A program made the translations under genes and the position numbers. Below the pieces are notes generated by a model. That model was not told the DNA's origin and made no database searches. It saw only the letters and a list, made by a program, of their open reading frames with translations. Below, piece after piece: positions 30,511 to 31,987 of a DNA stretch of 31,987 bases (within the stretch, counting starts at the first letter, position 1; each line of letters begins with the position of its first letter). The stretch is from a virus: positions 1 through 31,987 of IMG/VR virus record IMGVR_UViG_3300045988_155672; one strand, written 5' to 3'.

Positions 30511-31987
30511 ATGGTAGAATATAAAAGGATTAAATTAAGGAGAGACATAACCACTAATTGGTATGAAGCTAACCCTGTGTTATTAGAGGGAGAGTTAGGT
30601 TATGATAGTACTAAAAAACAATTTAAGATAGGTGATGGAGTTAGTGAGTGGAGAAAATTAACTTATATAACGGTAAATCAAGAAGCGGTACAAGAAATCC
30701 TAAACACGGGTTACTATACCAAAGAGCAGACGGATAATGTAATAAAAACCGCTTTAACACCTATACAAGAAGAGTTAAAAACTAAGGTTGATAATTCCAC
30801 CTATGAAACAAAAATAAATGAAATAGAGGGACAATTACAAGCTATACCTGACGTTCCAACTAAGGTATCCCAATTAGAAAATGACTCGAAATTTCAAACC
30901 AATACACAGGTAGAGACAACTATTACTACTGAGATAGGTAAATTGGCAACAGTAGCAAAAACGGGTTCATATAACGATTTAACAGATAAACCAACAGCTC
31001 CTGGTGCACCTACTAAGACGAGTGAGTTGGAGAACGATTCGGATTTTCAAAATGGTACTCAGGTTCAAGCAACTGTTACTACTGAGATAAATAAATTAGC
31101 AACGGTAGCAAAGACAGGTTCATACACTGATTTAACAAACAAGCCTACCATACCCACAGTACCAACCAACGTATCTGCTTTTACTAATGATGCTAAATAT
31201 CAAAACGATGAACAGGTACTATCAACTGTTAATTCTGAAGTAACTAAATTAAACATACCTACTAAAACAAGTCAATTAGAAAACGACTCTAATTTTGATA
31301 CTATAACTAATGTTGATAATAAAATAAGTAAAGGGGATACTGCAACGTTAACTTCTGCTAAGGCTTATACAGATGAAAAGGTGGGAGGAATTAAAGTACC
31401 TACCAATGTATCTGAATTAACTAATGACAGTGGATATTTAACAGAAACGAATCTTAAAACAATTAACAATGAATCGATAGTAGGAACAGGTAATATTGAG
31501 ATTAAAGGTGGTGGAGGAAGTTCTAATGATTGGTTCGGTTCGGAAGCAGACTTTAACAAAATCCCGACAGACCAACTAAGTCAAGATACCAATTATTATA
31601 TAGCTGTTAAATTAGATTATGAAAAGGATATAGCTAATAAACCATTCGTAGCTAAAACTGTCTCTCAATTACCTAATACAGCTGATTACATAAATCGTGT
31701 TAAAACAATCAACGGTACTAAGATAACAGGTAGTGGTGATATTAACATAATGAAAATAATAGACAGCTATCAATGGTGGGGAACTCAAGAGGCTTATGAT
31801 GCTTTAACAGATGAACAGAAAAAAGAATACCTTTATTATTATATAGAGGGTAATGGTGGTGGATCAGGTGGAGACATACCAACAAAAGTATCCCAATTAG
31901 AGAATGATGCAAATTACCAAAACGACACCCAAGTACAAACAACTGTTAATACTGCGATAACAAAACTAAGTATTCCAACTAAGACAA
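30511..31987 (+). CDS. long tail fibre protein (5' part; continues at nt 1-290 through the end overlap)
   Basis: My own translation gives MVEYKRIKLRRDITTNWYEANPVLLEGELGYDSTKKQFKIGDGVSEWRKLTYI, followed by many (V/I)PTKxSxLxNDxxxQ repeats. The ORF has no stop before the window end, which explains its absence from the ORF track. Confidence 0.75.
   Translation, partial: MVEYKRIKLRRDITTNWYEANPVLLEGELGYDSTKKQFKIGDGVSEWRKLTYITVNQEAVQEILNTGYYTKEQTDNVIKTALTPIQEELKTKVDNSTYETKINEIEGQLQAIPDVPTKVSQLENDSKFQTNTQVETTITTEIGKLATVAKTGSYNDLTDKPTAPGAPTKTSELENDSDFQNGTQVQATVTTEINKLATVAKTGSYTDLTNKPTIPTVPTNVSAFTNDAKYQNDEQVLSTVNSEVTKLNIPTKTSQLENDSNFDTITNVDNKISKGDTATLTSAKAYTDEKVGGIKVPTNVSELTNDSGYLTETNLKTINNESIVGTGNIEIKGGGGSSNDWFGSEADFNKIPTDQLSQDTNYYIAVKLDYEKDIANKPFVAKTVSQLPNTADYINRVKTINGTKITGSGDINIMKIIDSYQWWGTQEAYDALTDEQKKEYLYYYIEGNGGGSGGDIPTKVSQLENDANYQNDTQVQTTVNTAITKLSIPTKT

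Noticed and set aside
1-31987. tRNA, rRNA, integrase/attP and toxin-antitoxin modules
   Set aside because: Scanning for T-loop-like GGTTCGAAT/GTTCAAAT strings and cloverleaf-sized GC-rich islands found none. No tyrosine or serine recombinase motifs appear in any ORF. No convincing small two-gene toxin-antitoxin pair was found.

Overview
The window is essentially one complete AT-rich tailed-phage genome. Its last 36 nt (31952-31987) are identical to nt 1-36, so it reads as a closed circle or terminally redundant contig of about 31.95 kb. The junction lies inside a repeat-rich tail-fibre gene. Almost all genes are on the + strand. Start codons are preceded by A/T-rich leaders with no Shine-Dalgarno sequence, which suggests a Bacteroidota-type host; this host call is inference only. 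Recognisable modules: terminase, portal and tape measure (10.8-18.0 kb); prohead protease, tail fibres and BspA-type LRR proteins (26.3-31.9 kb, wrapping to nt 290); scaffold, major capsid and tail genes (0.36-7.3 kb); a lysis cassette (22.4-23.4 kb). These blocks are interrupted by self-contained accessory cassettes. There are three KilA-N paralogues and two Bro-N paralogues, and most have their own conserved promoter-like motif and hairpin terminator. I found no polymerase, helicase, primase, integrase, repressor, tRNA or CRISPR array. The most unusual stretch is 19.85-21.8 kb. It holds a ~0.9-kb ORF-free tract with a C-depleted, G/T-skewed array of degenerate GGTAG repeats, a truncated Bro-N copy carrying a 182-bp perfect duplication, and a near-perfect 24-bp x 8.7 tandem array reachable from the upstream ORF through an in-frame A_AAA_AAG slippery site. 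Other notable items are a sigma-factor-like gene split into two overlapping ORFs plus a paralogue, a six-copy ECF-like motif YATGAAA-N12-CTTCGTTG, a second candidate -1 frameshift at a T9 run, and a small CPC/CPC/CHC ferredoxin-thioredoxin-reductase-like gene. All protein calls come from reading the translations by eye; no database or HMM search was run.
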